The position numbers and the translations under genes were made by a program. A DNA stretch of 64,000 nucleotides from an uncultured Gammaproteobacteria bacterium. GTDB lineage: Bacteria > Patescibacteriota > Patescibacteriia > VMEV01 > CAYQCH01. This document shows, one piece after another, positions 20,301-30,463 of the stretch (position 1 is its first letter; the number at the start of each line of letters is the position of its first letter). The stretch covers positions 382,864-446,863 of the forward strand of contig CAZDCG010000001.1 of the NCBI GenBank assembly GCA_964503955.1, read 5' to 3'. Below the pieces are notes generated by a model that ran no database searches, was not told the origin of the DNA, and worked only from the letters and a program-made list of their open reading frames with translations.

Positions 20301-21282
20301 CGAAACGTCCACCATCAAGCGGAACCATCGGACGAAGGTCCGGAGGGATAACAGGAAGCACCTTCATGATCATCCAGGAAGGATGGATGTCGTTCTTTTC
20401 AAGACTCTTAAGCAGCTTGATGCGGCGGACCAGCTTGTCGCGTTTCGCGCCGGAAGACTTTTTGTGCAGCTTCTCAAGTTCCTTGATGGTCTGCGGAATG
20501 TCGATCCGTTCAAGAATTTCGTAAATCGCTTCCGCGCCAATACCGGCCGTGAAGACATGGCCGTATTTCAGGGAAAGATCGTGGTATTTCGACTCAGACA
20601 AGATCTGAAGCGGTTTGAGCTCTTTCAACTCGGTATTCGCCATTTTGAAGACTTCTTCAAGTTCCTCAAGCCGGCTCATCTGGCTTGCTTCAAGTTTTTC
20701 GATTTCCGCCTTCTTTTCCTTTTCGGGTTTGTCGGCCGTTTTGATGCGGTTGAGCTGTTGAGTTACTTCCGCTTCAATGGACTTCTTCTTGCCTTTGTAT
20801 TCCTGCTTGATCTGATCAATGGTCTGTTTTTTAAGTTCTTCATTGACGCCGGTTACGATGAAGTTGGCAAAATACACAACTTTTTCCAGATTCTGGACAG
20901 ACAAGTCAAGGACCAGGCCGAGCTTTGACGGCACGCTGCGCAAAAACCAGATATGCGTGACAGGAACAGCAAGTTCAATGTGCCCCATGCGTTCGCGCCG
21001 CACAATCGCGCGGGTAACTTCAACGCCGCATTTGTCGCAGACAATGCCTTTGTAGCGGATTTTCTTATACTTCCCGCAATAACATTCCCAGTCTTTTGAC
21101 GGTCCGAAAATGCGCTCGCAGAAGAGCCCGTCTTTTTCCGGACGCTGGGTGCGATAGTTGATGGTTTCCGGTTTGAGTACCTCCCCATGCGACCAGGACT
21201 TGATATCGGCCGGTGACGCGACGCGCAGGCGGATGGCATCGAAATCGGTTGTTTTGATTGGGTTAAACATAGATGTGTTCAA
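17341..21282 (-). CDS. rpoC: DNA-directed RNA polymerase subunit beta'
   Basis: 1313 aa. Zinc-binding Cys motifs and the NADFDGD catalytic motif are present. Confidence 0.95.
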   Translation of the reverse strand: MNTSMFNPIKTTDFDAIRLRVASPADIKSWSHGEVLKPETINYRTQRPEKDGLFCERIFGPSKDWECYCGKYKKIRYKGIVCDKCGVEVTRAIVRRERMGHIELAVPVTHIWFLRSVPSKLGLVLDLSVQNLEKVVYFANFIVTGVNEELKKQTIDQIKQEYKGKKKSIEAEVTQQLNRIKTADKPEKEKKAEIEKLEASQMSRLEELEEVFKMANTELKELKPLQILSESKYHDLSLKYGHVFTAGIGAEAIYEILERIDIPQTIKELEKLHKKSSGAKRDKLVRRIKLLKSLEKNDIHPSWMIMKVLPVIPPDLRPMVPLDGGRFATSDLNDLYRRVINRNNRLKQLIELRAPEVITRNEKRMLQEAVDALIDNGMRHGKTVTASTGQKRQLKSIADILKGKQGRFRQNLLGKRTDYSGRSVIVVGPHLQLDECGVPKKMALELFKPFVISRLIQEGYVHNVRSAGRYIESNRPEVWDILADVIKNKHVLINRAPTLHRLGIQAFKPILIEGKAIQVHPLVCAAFNADFDGDQMAVHLPLTDEAQAEAKEIMLSAKNLLKPATGEPIATPSKDMIWGVYYMTSLRKEDKEKDVKDLKHFASEEDALAAYNLGAIHLRERIRVRFDAHTDFEAGLQETCVGRIVFNRQMPSELPYINELIDKKVLSRIVQRSFERLGIEKTAKLLDTIKHLGFKFITLSGWSWGMDDIPHLDKKKEILEAAEKKVDEVQEQYNMGLLTNSERYSKIIEIWTKVKDEIVAISHEAMDTEGPVYTMVESGARGSWGQLTQIVGMKGLVTNPAGEIIELPVRGNFKDGFEILEYFISTHGARKGLSDTALRTANAGYLTRRLVDVSQDVVIREIDCGTEEGLVITRAESVAMNRDLKDRIIGRFALTDIKSGSKTLVKKAELIDEDAAIAIDKAGLEEVAVRTVMECASKKGICQKCYGWDLGHADVVEMGTAVGIIAAQSIGEPGTQLTMRTFHTGGIASSADITQGLPRVEELFEARNPKRKAFISEVAGKVQIEEITVVNQDLAKANVPNSSFKQKVIRIAHEANEVDTYPIAKKTKLKVKDGGKVKADGILYLDENGDEVRALRGGKVAVHDEYIEVAMATPGVMEYVIPLGYSILVQDGQEIEKGTPLTEGHLSLQELFDLRGRRATQKYIMEQIQDIYGSQGQKLNDKHVEIIARQLFSRVMIKDAGDTDLLPGEIAEYQEAMEANDRAIADGKKPATFDRMLLGITKVSLTTRSFLSAASFQETARVLINAAINGRVEPLEGLKENVIIGRLIPAGTGYKKDGEESQEEVSEEVEVAA

Positions 21283-21290
21283 TTGGCGGG

Positions 21291-24200
21291 TTAAGCAGAA
21301 AGCACTTCTTCGGCCTGTTCTTCTTTCACCTGTTCCGCGGCCTGCGGTTCACGGCGATCGCTGCTAACATTTGAGCGCAGCGCCTGTTCGCTGATGCGTT
21401 CACCGCTGTCATCAAGCAGCTCAACATCAAGCCCCAGTCCTTTCAACTCGCGAACCAGGACATTGAAGGATTCCGGAACATTCAGCTTTCTGATCTTTTC
21501 CCCTTTGATGATGGATTCATATGCTTTCGACCTTCCAAGCACATCATCGGATTTAATGGTGAGGATTTCCTGCAAGGTATGCGCGGCACCGTATGCTTCC
21601 AAAGCCCATACTTCCATTTCACCGAAACGCTGGCCACCAAACTGCGCTTTTCCTCCGAGCGGCTGCTGCGTAATAAGCGAGTAAGGACCAATAGAGCGCT
21701 GGTGGATCTTATCTTCCACAAGATGGTTCAGCTTGAGCATATACACCATACCGACCGTGACCGGCTGATCGAATTTTTCACCCGTGCGGCCGTCGAATAG
21801 TTCAAGCTTACCGGTTGAAGGATATCCGGCGCGTTCAAGTTCGCTCTTGATCTTCTCTTCTGGTACTCCGTCAAGCGCCGGCGTTGCAACCGTATATCCA
21901 AGCGTATGCGCGGCCAAGCCAAGATGCGTTTCAAGAATCTGTCCGATATTCATACGGGAAACCACACCAAGCGGACTCAAGATGATGTCAACCGGGCGTC
22001 CGTCAGCCAGGAACGGCATATCTTCCACGGCAACAATGCGGGAAATAACACCCTTGTTTCCGTGCCGTCCGGCCATTTTGTCGCCCACCTGCACCTTGCG
22101 GAGCTGGGCAACGGAGACCTGGATGCTCTTGATCACGCCCGTCGGGAGCTTGTCGCCCGCTTCACGGGAGAAGGTGCGGATATCAACCACCTTGCCATGT
22201 TCTCCATGTTTGAGATACAGCGAGCTGTCGCGGACATCTTTTGCTTTTTCACCGAAAATCACGCGCAGGAGTTTTTCTTCAGGAGACAATTCGGTTTCAC
22301 CTTTTGGTGTAATTTTTCCTACGAGAATATCGCCGGAAGAAACTTCCGCACCAATACGGATGACACCTTCCAGGTCAAGGTCTTTGAGGCGCTCTTCGCT
22401 GATATTTGGAATATCGGAGGTAACGACTTCCGGACCAAGCTTGGTGTCGCGGACATCGATTGTATAGTCTTCGATGTGAATTGAGGTATAGCGGTCATTA
22501 TGCACCAGGCGCTCTGAAAGCAGAATCGCATCTTCATAATTGCCGCCTTCCCATGACATGAACGCCACCAAAATATTCTGGCCAAGCGCGAGCTCAGCAT
22601 TTTCCATGGAAGGACCGTCCGCCAAGGCATCGCCTTTCTTCACTTTCATGCCGACTTCAACAATCGGTTTCTGGTTGATACAGGTAGAAGCGTTTGAGCG
22701 GACGAATTTGTTCAATTTATGCTCTTTTGTATCAAGATCCTTGCCGGTGCTCTGCACCACGATACGGTCGCCATGGACTTCAACGACTTCACCGTCGATC
22801 GCGCTTGTCAGCAGCTGCCCGGAATAGCGGGCGGCAATAGCTTCAACGCCGGTTCCCACAATTGGAGCCTGCGGACGCACAAGCGATACGGCCTGGCGTT
22901 GCATGTTTGTTCCCATCAAGGCGCGGTTCGCGTCATCATGTTCAACAAATGGAATCAATGAAGTAGCCAGACTGAAAATCTGTTTTGAAGAAACATCCAT
23001 GAGCTGCACTTCATCCGCGGCAATGGTCCCCGGTTTTCCATAGACGCGCGCTTCAAGCTTCGGCAGTCTGAAGTATCCTTTTTCATCCACCGGAGCGGTA
23101 GCCGGAGTGGTGATATGTTTTTCTTCCGTAAACGCGTCGATGTATCGGACTTCATCCGTTACGCGCGCTTTCAAAGGAATTGCCGCCAGATCTTTGTCCT
23201 TGGCAAGTTCTTTTGCAATGGCGGCCGTGATTTCTTCTCCTTCTTTGACGACCACCTTGCCGTTCACCTCAAGATCGCGGCGGGCGTATTCTCCAACAGA
23301 GGCTTTTCCGTCATTGGCCGCCGTGTTTTTCACGATGCGATACGGAGCCTCCACAAATCCATATTCATTCAAACGGGCATAGCTTGCCATATGGCCGACA
23401 AGACCGATATTCGGACCTTCTGGCGTTGCGATCGGACAAATGCGGCCATAGTGGGTGGTATGCACGTCACGTACGTCAAAGCCCGCTCGTTCACGCGAGA
23501 GACCTCCAGGTCCCATGGCGGACAAACGGCGCTTATGTTCAAGCTCGGACAGCGGATTGATCTGATCCATGAACTGCGAGAGCTGTGAAGACATGAAAAA
23601 TTCCTTGACCACACCCATGACCGGACGTGCGTTGATCAGTTTATTCGGTGTAATCGTTGCGATATCGTAGGTGCTCATGCGGTCTTTCACGATGCGCTCC
23701 ATGCGGGCAAGACCGACGCGGAATTTGTTCTGCAGCAATTCACCAACCGCGCGCACGCGTCGGTTGCCCAGATGGTCGATATCATCAGCGTCTTTCTGCG
23801 TGATATTCAGGCGGATGATTTCCTTGACGATTTCCACCACGTCTTCTTTGCGCAAAATGCGGTTCTCTTTCACGTTTGGAAGATCAAGGCCGAAACGCTG
23901 GTTCATTTTGTAGCGTCCAACGCGGCCGAAATCATAGCGGTCGAAGTTGAAGAACATGGAATGGATGAGCTGGCGCGCATTATCAACGGTCGCCAAATCG
24001 CCCGGGCGGATGCGCTTATACACTTCGCGCAAACCTTCTTCCTCGTTTTTTGACGGATCTTTCTTAAGAGTCGCGTCGATATAGTTGATTTCAGGGTGCG
24101 TATCAACGCCCTCAAACAGCGCTTTGATTTCCTCGTTGGTAGAATATCCGAATGCACGGAGAAGCGCAGAAACAGCTACTTTTCTCTTTCGGTCGATTTT

Positions 24201-24728
24201 TACCCAGATGACATTGTTGACGTCGGTTTCCATTTCAATCCATGCCCCTCGGTTTGGAATGACCTTCGCTGAGTATGCCTTGCGTCCCCGGTGCAATTCA
24301 GACGTGAAGAAAACACCCGCAGACCTGATCAGCTGCGAGACAACCACGCGTTCGATGCCATTGATGATGAAGGTACCTCGATCCGTCATCATCGGAATGT
24401 CGCCCATGTAGATTTCCTGTTCTTTGATTTCACCGGTCTTCTTATTGACCAGCTTTCCTTTTACGCGCAAAGGGGCTTCGTAGGTGACATTTTTCGCGCG
24501 GGAAACTTCTTCGGAAAATTTCGGATCGTCAAGATAATATTCCAAAAAGGAGAGCTCCAGATTGCGGCCGATAAAATCGGTGATGGGAGAAACTTCGTCG
24601 AACAGTTCACGAAGTCCTTCATCAATGAACCATTTATATGAATTGAGCTGTATTTCAATGAGGTTTGGCATCTCAACTGCTTCATGCAGGTGAGTGAAAT
24701 ACTGCCGTTCCTGGACGTGTTTGGGCAT
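21291..24728 (-). CDS. rpoB: DNA-directed RNA polymerase subunit beta
   Basis: About 1145 aa with conserved beta-subunit regions. The likely start is the ATG at 24728 (MPKHVQ). rpoB and rpoC are separated by 8 nt. Confidence 0.95.
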   Translation of the reverse strand: MPKHVQERQYFTHLHEAVEMPNLIEIQLNSYKWFIDEGLRELFDEVSPITDFIGRNLELSFLEYYLDDPKFSEEVSRAKNVTYEAPLRVKGKLVNKKTGEIKEQEIYMGDIPMMTDRGTFIINGIERVVVSQLIRSAGVFFTSELHRGRKAYSAKVIPNRGAWIEMETDVNNVIWVKIDRKRKVAVSALLRAFGYSTNEEIKALFEGVDTHPEINYIDATLKKDPSKNEEEGLREVYKRIRPGDLATVDNARQLIHSMFFNFDRYDFGRVGRYKMNQRFGLDLPNVKENRILRKEDVVEIVKEIIRLNITQKDADDIDHLGNRRVRAVGELLQNKFRVGLARMERIVKDRMSTYDIATITPNKLINARPVMGVVKEFFMSSQLSQFMDQINPLSELEHKRRLSAMGPGGLSRERAGFDVRDVHTTHYGRICPIATPEGPNIGLVGHMASYARLNEYGFVEAPYRIVKNTAANDGKASVGEYARRDLEVNGKVVVKEGEEITAAIAKELAKDKDLAAIPLKARVTDEVRYIDAFTEEKHITTPATAPVDEKGYFRLPKLEARVYGKPGTIAADEVQLMDVSSKQIFSLATSLIPFVEHDDANRALMGTNMQRQAVSLVRPQAPIVGTGVEAIAARYSGQLLTSAIDGEVVEVHGDRIVVQSTGKDLDTKEHKLNKFVRSNASTCINQKPIVEVGMKVKKGDALADGPSMENAELALGQNILVAFMSWEGGNYEDAILLSERLVHNDRYTSIHIEDYTIDVRDTKLGPEVVTSDIPNISEERLKDLDLEGVIRIGAEVSSGDILVGKITPKGETELSPEEKLLRVIFGEKAKDVRDSSLYLKHGEHGKVVDIRTFSREAGDKLPTGVIKSIQVSVAQLRKVQVGDKMAGRHGNKGVISRIVAVEDMPFLADGRPVDIILSPLGVVSRMNIGQILETHLGLAAHTLGYTVATPALDGVPEEKIKSELERAGYPSTGKLELFDGRTGEKFDQPVTVGMVYMLKLNHLVEDKIHQRSIGPYSLITQQPLGGKAQFGGQRFGEMEVWALEAYGAAHTLQEILTIKSDDVLGRSKAYESIIKGEKIRKLNVPESFNVLVRELKGLGLDVELLDDSGERISEQALRSNVSSDRREPQAAEQVKEEQAEEVLSA

Positions 24729-25194
24729 ACCTTCACTTGCGCTCTGTGCGGGGGACTTGCACAAGGCACAATCGATTAAATTTCAAAGGAGAACAAAAGG
24801 ATTGCCATGAAGACACAGCAACCTTTCACGGAAGAGACCTCCCTGGCGGAGTACGCATCAGCAAGAGGCCAGGTCGGGGACATAACCCGGCATCATGGCT
24901 GATACTTACCCCCAAAATATCCACAGAAGACAAAAAGGACCCGTTCCCAATAGTTTGAGAACGAGTTTCGCTTTTATGAACTGAGTTGTTGGGCCATCTC
25001 CTGAGGGGACATGAGAACCGAGAGATGACTCAACCGTGCTGACGGCGCCAATGTTAGCGCCTTTTTTGTAGATGGGAGGACTCATCCACAGCTTATCCGA
25101 GATGCAGCACAGTCTCTCTTGAAATGCAAGAGATTGTGGATTATGGGTGCATTGTAATAAAAGAGCGAAAAGTTGTCAAGAGCAAAAGAGGTCG

Positions 25195-26028
25195 TTATTG
25201 AGCCACGTAGGCGAATCGTCCCCCTTCTGTTTTAGAGAAGAGATCTTTACACATAGCTGAATTTCCACCCTGCTGATCAGCCTCATCACAAACGAACGGA
25301 TCATTGGCATCCAGCGCCCTGGCTAAAAAGACATGTGATACACAGATAAGAGCATCCGCGCTTTCACAGTAAGATAACTCATTCGTTCTATAGGCAGCGT
25401 AAACGGCGGTTTCGAAGGGACAGCGCTGAGCGACAAAGCCTTGGGTTGTCGGACACAATGACGCGTCGTAAGCATTGAGCGCCACAAGCGACTGAGCCCG
25501 TTCCGATTCACAAAGAGCATCTCCCTCGCAATCAAGCGAATATCGAACAAGCTCCTCATTTGTAGGAATATCCTGATCAGCCGCCAGCTGGGGGGATGAA
25601 GAACGTCCGCAAACAGACCGCAGTTCCGCATCAGCGATAGAGGCACAACTTGCTGAATCAGTGTTTTCGGCGGCGAGAAGAACCGTAAAGAGGTCGCGGC
25701 AAAGCTCTTCCTCTTGGCTGTTCTGACAATGCGCAAGACCGAATGCCTCAAGCGCAAGGAAATCCTCCACTTCTTGAGCGCATGTTCTTTGTACCTCTGC
25801 TGACAAACGGCCGCACAGGCCCTGATCCTTGTTTTGTTTCGCTGAACGAATAACGGATGTGATTTGGCATGCCTTTAGATCAACCGATTTCAAGCCTTCG
25901 CAAAAACCGAAATCTACCTCAGGGAATTGCGCGGCCACACGAGCAGACTTAAGAGAAGGGAACATTAAATAGCCCAAAATGGCTGCGACAGCCAGAACAA
26001 GCACGAAAATGAGGATGTTTTTCTTCAT
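25195..26028 (-). CDS. Secreted Cys-rich hypothetical protein
   Basis: Signal peptide MKKNILIFVLVLAVAAILG followed by about 20 Cys. Confidence 0.5.
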   Translation of the reverse strand: MKKNILIFVLVLAVAAILGYLMFPSLKSARVAAQFPEVDFGFCEGLKSVDLKACQITSVIRSAKQNKDQGLCGRLSAEVQRTCAQEVEDFLALEAFGLAHCQNSQEEELCRDLFTVLLAAENTDSASCASIADAELRSVCGRSSSPQLAADQDIPTNEELVRYSLDCEGDALCESERAQSLVALNAYDASLCPTTQGFVAQRCPFETAVYAAYRTNELSYCESADALICVSHVFLARALDANDPFVCDEADQQGGNSAMCKDLFSKTEGGRFAYVAQ

Positions 26029-26031
26029 ACA

Positions 26032-26799
26032 TTACAGAGAGATGAGAACAGTAATCGTTCCTTCAATATTGCCCGTTCCCGTCGAAGTGTAGTTATCGTC
26101 GCCATTCCAGCCGCCGGAGCTGCCCGTCGTATGTGTCACCGGCATCGGACAATAACCTGTGATGGTATAGGTGTTGGTGTTTGAATTTACGTCGCTGCTT
26201 TGAATAACTGCAGGAACATAGTAATTTGTTGTCGCATACCCTGATAAACGGCATCGGATGGATTCGGAAAGAACCGCAGAAGCAGTTCCTGTGGTCACCT
26301 GGCCTTGTACCGTAAAGGTCTGGTTACATGTGGCTAGGTTCACGTATTCAGGATACGTATCATAATCATTGTCGCGCCAATAAGCGTAGTTTTGATTTCC
26401 GTAGTTCGCGTAATAATACGATTGGTTGATAATATTTCCTGCTCCAGGAAAGGGGAAGAGTTCCACAACCGAGTTATTGACCTGCTGTACGGTTTGGCCA
26501 AATGAACAGTTGATGTTCTGATTAGTAATCGTCACCACCTGGGTCGTTGTGGTACCGCCCCCAAGAGAATCCGAACAATCCCCGTTCATACAGATTTCCC
26601 CATTCACCGACAAAGTACCCTGAACGGTCAGATTTCCCTGCTTGATTTGCGCGTCCGGACCGACATTCAACGGCGCATAGACTCCAGCGGTTCCGTCCGG
26701 TGCGGTTGTAGGGGCGGCAAAAACATAGCCGGTGCCGGCGAGAATAATAATCGCAAGGGATGTGATTCCAATATTGTGCCAAATCTGCTTGGTTTTCAT
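26032..26799 (-). CDS. Secreted hypothetical protein with a Thr/Asn/Tyr-rich beta-rich domain
   Basis: Start at MKTKQIW. The signal peptide ends VFA|AP, and the mature N-terminus AAPTTAPDGTAG resembles that of the collagen-like paralogs. N/Q/T/Y-rich, with conserved Cys. Confidence 0.5.
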   Translation of the reverse strand: MKTKQIWHNIGITSLAIIILAGTGYVFAAPTTAPDGTAGVYAPLNVGPDAQIKQGNLTVQGTLSVNGEICMNGDCSDSLGGGTTTTQVVTITNQNINCSFGQTVQQVNNSVVELFPFPGAGNIINQSYYYANYGNQNYAYWRDNDYDTYPEYVNLATCNQTFTVQGQVTTGTASAVLSESIRCRLSGYATTNYYVPAVIQSSDVNSNTNTYTITGYCPMPVTHTTGSSGGWNGDDNYTSTGTGNIEGTITVLISL

Positions 26800-26853
26800 A
26801 AAGCCAATCTTATTAGTTGCTTTCAGTATAGCAAAGAACACTCTCAGATAACA

Positions 26854-28350
26854 TCAGCGAACCAGCAAGACCAAGAAAGCTGTTGCTATTAGGTTCAAGA
26901 AAAAGACCGGTTCTTCTTGATACTGCTTTCTTGCCACAAGCAGAAACTGAACACAACCGGTGAGAAGAAATGCCAGGAGAAGCACGGGGTGATTCACCGT
27001 AAAATAGGCAGAAAAAACAGCGTATGCCAATGGAAACGTGAATAAATAAAAGCCTCCAATCAGTAGTTGCGCGCGTCTTTGTCCAAGCATGACGGGCAAG
27101 GTTTTGATGCCAGCCTCTCGGTCGCCCTCGGTATCCTTTAAATCGATAAAATTGTTGGGGGCCGTAAGCCAGAGGAAAAAGAGCACGATCGATAAAGAAG
27201 GGATGAATTCCGGGTCCAAGAACCATGCCCCAAGCAGAAATAGCAGCAAAGAGTTCAACGCGATCACAGATTTTGAAAAAAAGGGAATCCTTTTGATACG
27301 TAAGGGAGGAACAGAGTAGATGAAGTAGAAACCAAGATACAAGCCGATAACCATGAAGGCTGTGATACTTACCATGGCGCCCAAAACAAGCGCCCCTCCA
27401 CCCATTAACCACATGAGTTTTCGATACGTCGCAGTATCCACACCGCCTATCACGGTGGGCCGATCAGGGTTGGTAATTCGATCGATCTGCACATCTTCGA
27501 GATTATTGCTCATGACGGAAAAGATCCAGGCATAAACGATTGCCAAGACGAGAAAAAGCCAATCAAGGAAGGCCAGCTGGTCCGGCACACGGTGAACTCC
27601 GTCAATAAGCGCAGCTCCCAAAATGAGCATCAAAAGATAATGCGCCAACCGATAAGGGCGGATGTCTTTTAACATCATGAGGAACCATTTTTTTTGATCG
27701 ACAAAGAATAAGAATCCCGACGCCATGAGCAGCAGGAGAACATAGAACTTGAAGAAGAACCAATCATCGTAGACATGTGTGATCTTCAGAATGGAAAATC
27801 CTCTCTCTAAAAGGAACGGCATGGTGATGAAAAAGAAAATCAGCACATAACTACTCAAGCTGGCCAGCAGAGCACGCAGGATCGAGGAAGTTGCGAAGTA
27901 CACGTAGAACGCAGAAAAGATAAGAAACAGGGCAATTTCCAGACGCATCCCAATGGTCACCCCTCGTTCGGTTATCGGTCCAAAGTAAGTAAGAAAGAGC
28001 GCGACGAACTCACTAAGACTGCGTGGCGAAAGATAGCTGATATCCATCCCCCCCGAAACAACCATGTCAATCACAGGTGTCAAAGGCAGAAGCAAAAAAG
28101 TGAAGGGAATAACGCGCAGCAATTTTCCAACTTGAATCTTGAAGATGAGATGAAGCACTGCCGCCGCCGTCAAACCAACAGCCCAATAAGAAACAAAGTA
28201 ATGGCCAAACGCCGCCCAGTTCGCTGGATACGCGTCGGAATACTGTTCAAGAAAGTTGCGAAGGAAAATAAAAAACGATCCAAAAAGGATCGCTGAGGTA
28301 AGCGAAGTAGCTTCGATCTGGGCGATGAACTTGCGGAAAACTTCTCGCAT
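26854..28350 (-). CDS. Polytopic membrane protein with a C-terminal UbiA-family prenyltransferase domain
   Basis: About 15 predicted TM segments. The UbiA motif NNLEDVQIDRITNPDRP (NxxxDxxxD) lies in the C-terminal half. Confidence 0.55.
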   Translation of the reverse strand: MREVFRKFIAQIEATSLTSAILFGSFFIFLRNFLEQYSDAYPANWAAFGHYFVSYWAVGLTAAAVLHLIFKIQVGKLLRVIPFTFLLLPLTPVIDMVVSGGMDISYLSPRSLSEFVALFLTYFGPITERGVTIGMRLEIALFLIFSAFYVYFATSSILRALLASLSSYVLIFFFITMPFLLERGFSILKITHVYDDWFFFKFYVLLLLMASGFLFFVDQKKWFLMMLKDIRPYRLAHYLLMLILGAALIDGVHRVPDQLAFLDWLFLVLAIVYAWIFSVMSNNLEDVQIDRITNPDRPTVIGGVDTATYRKLMWLMGGGALVLGAMVSITAFMVIGLYLGFYFIYSVPPLRIKRIPFFSKSVIALNSLLLFLLGAWFLDPEFIPSLSIVLFFLWLTAPNNFIDLKDTEGDREAGIKTLPVMLGQRRAQLLIGGFYLFTFPLAYAVFSAYFTVNHPVLLLAFLLTGCVQFLLVARKQYQEEPVFFLNLIATAFLVLLVR

Positions 28351-28374
28351 GCGGATTGCTCAAAAGGAAGAATT

Positions 28375-28953
28375 CTACTGAGAAAAATTGTTCTGGGTTT
28401 GAGGCTGATAGATGATTTGCAGCGGAGTCAGTTCAGACGCAAACAAATCTTGAGAAGTTGCCGGAATGATTTGAATGATGTCGCCCGGATAGAGATCTTC
28501 AATAGAAAGAGGTTCTGAGTCCGTCAGCTGAATTTGATCTGTTGTTAAGCCCCGGCTTCTTCCCTCTTCCAGGGCCTGAATATATGCTTCGTCCTGTAGA
28601 AGGGTGACTTTTTCCACAACAACATCCTCGGTGATCAAAAGCCGCTGCGTGAATCTTTCTTTGCGTAGAGGATTATTGAAACGCTGGTTGAGTATCTCGA
28701 TTTCAAGCGCGTTTGCCTGCACTGAAACGATTTGCCCGAATAGGATCTGCTTTTCCTCGCTTGCTGCCGATGAAGCAAGCAACCGGTCCACCGCCTCGAT
28801 ATTCAACCGGGCCTGCTCTTCTCTTGCTGATGTGTAGCCTTTTTCAAAATAGAAAGGCTTTCCAACGAATAAAACGAGCGCGACCGAAGCAACTGCGGCA
28901 AGCCAGCCGGCAGTGGAAACAATCACAACGGATTTATGGGATTGTTCAGACAT
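28375..28953 (-). CDS. Membrane-anchored hypothetical protein (paralog family member 1)
   Basis: N-terminal TM segment and a C-terminal domain shared with 28957-29547 and 33704-34177. Confidence 0.5.
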   Translation of the reverse strand: MSEQSHKSVVIVSTAGWLAAVASVALVLFVGKPFYFEKGYTSAREEQARLNIEAVDRLLASSAASEEKQILFGQIVSVQANALEIEILNQRFNNPLRKERFTQRLLITEDVVVEKVTLLQDEAYIQALEEGRSRGLTTDQIQLTDSEPLSIEDLYPGDIIQIIPATSQDLFASELTPLQIIYQPQTQNNFSQ

Positions 28954-28956
28954 AAT

Positions 28957-29547
28957 CTATTCCAGAGGAATATCAATAATGGCAATTTCGTCCGCGATAA
29001 ACGATGACGAAGCGACATCTTGATTAGTGCGGGCAGTGATTTCAACTCTTTGTCCAGCTTCAAGAGACTCAGGCGCTGTCAATACATCTTCATATGGTGG
29101 AACAAGCATAGGATTTTGCCCTGCCTGATCAGCTTGCTCCCTGCGCTGCTCGTATTCATCAGGGCCTAAAATCTGCCGGAGCACAATGCGGGTTTGGCCA
29201 TCGATGATAACCGCTTGTTCCTCAGCCTGTTCAGCAAAGGGGAAATTTGGAGCAAGCACGATTTCTTTTACAATCAACTGCTGTCCGCTTACACTCATAA
29301 CCTTTGCCTGCAAAACATTGTTCAGGTCGGCAGGTTGTGTAAGAGAGCCAAATGCCTGCTCATAGACCGCCTGATCTTCCACGTTTTGATCGGCAATACC
29401 CGCAGACCAGCCTTTGTCATAAGCAGCCGAAGATGCCAGAACGAAAAACCAGACAATGACTCCCGCTGTGATAATCCACCCCAAGGAAGCGAGAAAAACC
29501 GATGGTGATGACGAGGTCTCTTTTGAAATGGTCTCTTGCATATGCAT
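28957..29547 (-). CDS. Membrane-anchored hypothetical protein (paralog family member 2)
   Basis: The C-terminus LEAGQRVEITARTNQDVASSSFIADEIAIID aligns with LQAGQEAEISFVRSDSETQNASRIVIFD of 33704-34177. Confidence 0.5.
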   Translation of the reverse strand: MHMQETISKETSSSPSVFLASLGWIITAGVIVWFFVLASSAAYDKGWSAGIADQNVEDQAVYEQAFGSLTQPADLNNVLQAKVMSVSGQQLIVKEIVLAPNFPFAEQAEEQAVIIDGQTRIVLRQILGPDEYEQRREQADQAGQNPMLVPPYEDVLTAPESLEAGQRVEITARTNQDVASSSFIADEIAIIDIPLE

Positions 29548-29609
29548 TCAGTATACAAGAGTTCAAAAGTGATTGTGAAGTGAATGACAAAGCGTTATAC
29601 TACAGGTGT

Positions 29610-30041
29610 ATGAGATCAGAAAAGTTTTCATTTCAAATCTTCTCCGCGGCTCTGGCGGTTTTTTCGATCACACTTCTCTTTTCTTTTGATTTCGCTTCTG
29701 CTCGCCCAACCCAATCGCCTCCAAATGGCAGTCCGTCATGGCCGCCGGGGCCTCAAGGACCTCAAGGACCGCAGGGACCGCAAGGATCTCAAGGACCACA
29801 GGGAGCTCAAGGGCCTCAGGGTCCTCAAGGACCACAGGGACCCGCAGGAACAACGACATGCGACTGGAATGGGAGCTTTTGGATCAGCCATGGATGGGAC
29901 GGCAACTGTGCTTGGTATGTCGGAGTTCGCATCAATTGCAGTGGAGGACGAGTAACATCCTTCACAAATTATAACTATACTGGAGCCGGTACTTGCGGAT
30001 ATATGTGCTACGCGGGGGGCGCCTGCCACCAGCCTTCTTAA
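29610..30041 (+). CDS. Small secreted collagen-like (Gly-Pro-Gln)n protein with a Cys-rich C-terminal domain (paralog 1)
   Basis: Signal peptide ending ASA|RP, then PPNGSPSWP, about 11 G-X-Y triplets (mostly GPQ), and a CDWNG...HGWDGNC Cys-rich domain. Confidence 0.6.
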   Translation: MRSEKFSFQIFSAALAVFSITLLFSFDFASARPTQSPPNGSPSWPPGPQGPQGPQGPQGSQGPQGAQGPQGPQGPQGPAGTTTCDWNGSFWISHGWDGNCAWYVGVRINCSGGRVTSFTNYNYTGAGTCGYMCYAGGACHQPS

Positions 30042-30047
30042 GGCGTC

Positions 30048-30461
30048 GTGTTTACATTTCGTATGACAATAGCTTTCTTGCGAAAACAACTTCAAATTCT
30101 GATGGCTTGTCTTGTTGTTTCAGGCGTGATTATGCTCTTCAACGCTGTGAAAGCTGCGCCCACTCAAAACCCGCCTGCAGGCAATCTCTCCATTCCTGCA
30201 GGCCCAGCCGGACCCCAGGGACCGCAAGGACCACAGGGATCTCAGGGACCGCAAGGACCACAAGGACCTCAGGGATCGCAAGGTCCACAAGGAGCTCCTG
30301 GAAACGCCAGCTGCAGCTGGAACGGCTATATGTATCTGAATCATGGATGGGATGTTGGCACAGGATGCCAGGGATACCGCGGCATTCTCGTTCGATGCAG
30401 CGGCGGACAAACCTATGACTTTTCACGCATCACCAATTGCGGGCCTTTCGCAGGATTCTAA
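30048..30461 (+). CDS. Small secreted collagen-like protein (paralog 2)
   Basis: Signal peptide ending VKA|AP, a (GPQ/GSQ)n run of about 12 triplets, and CSWNG...HGWDVGTGC. Confidence 0.6.
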   Translation: MFTFRMTIAFLRKQLQILMACLVVSGVIMLFNAVKAAPTQNPPAGNLSIPAGPAGPQGPQGPQGSQGPQGPQGPQGSQGPQGAPGNASCSWNGYMYLNHGWDVGTGCQGYRGILVRCSGGQTYDFSRITNCGPFAGF

Positions 30462-30463
30462 TT

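Noticed and set aside
19897-20928. 343-aa plus-strand ORF within rpoC, with similar antisense ORFs in rpoB (21784-22467, 21906-22484), groEL (46089-47282), pepA (35833-36351), ileS (38503-39036) and ftsK (15461-15907)
   Set aside because: All lie antisense to, or frame-shifted within, strongly supported conserved genes, and they lack recognisable motifs.
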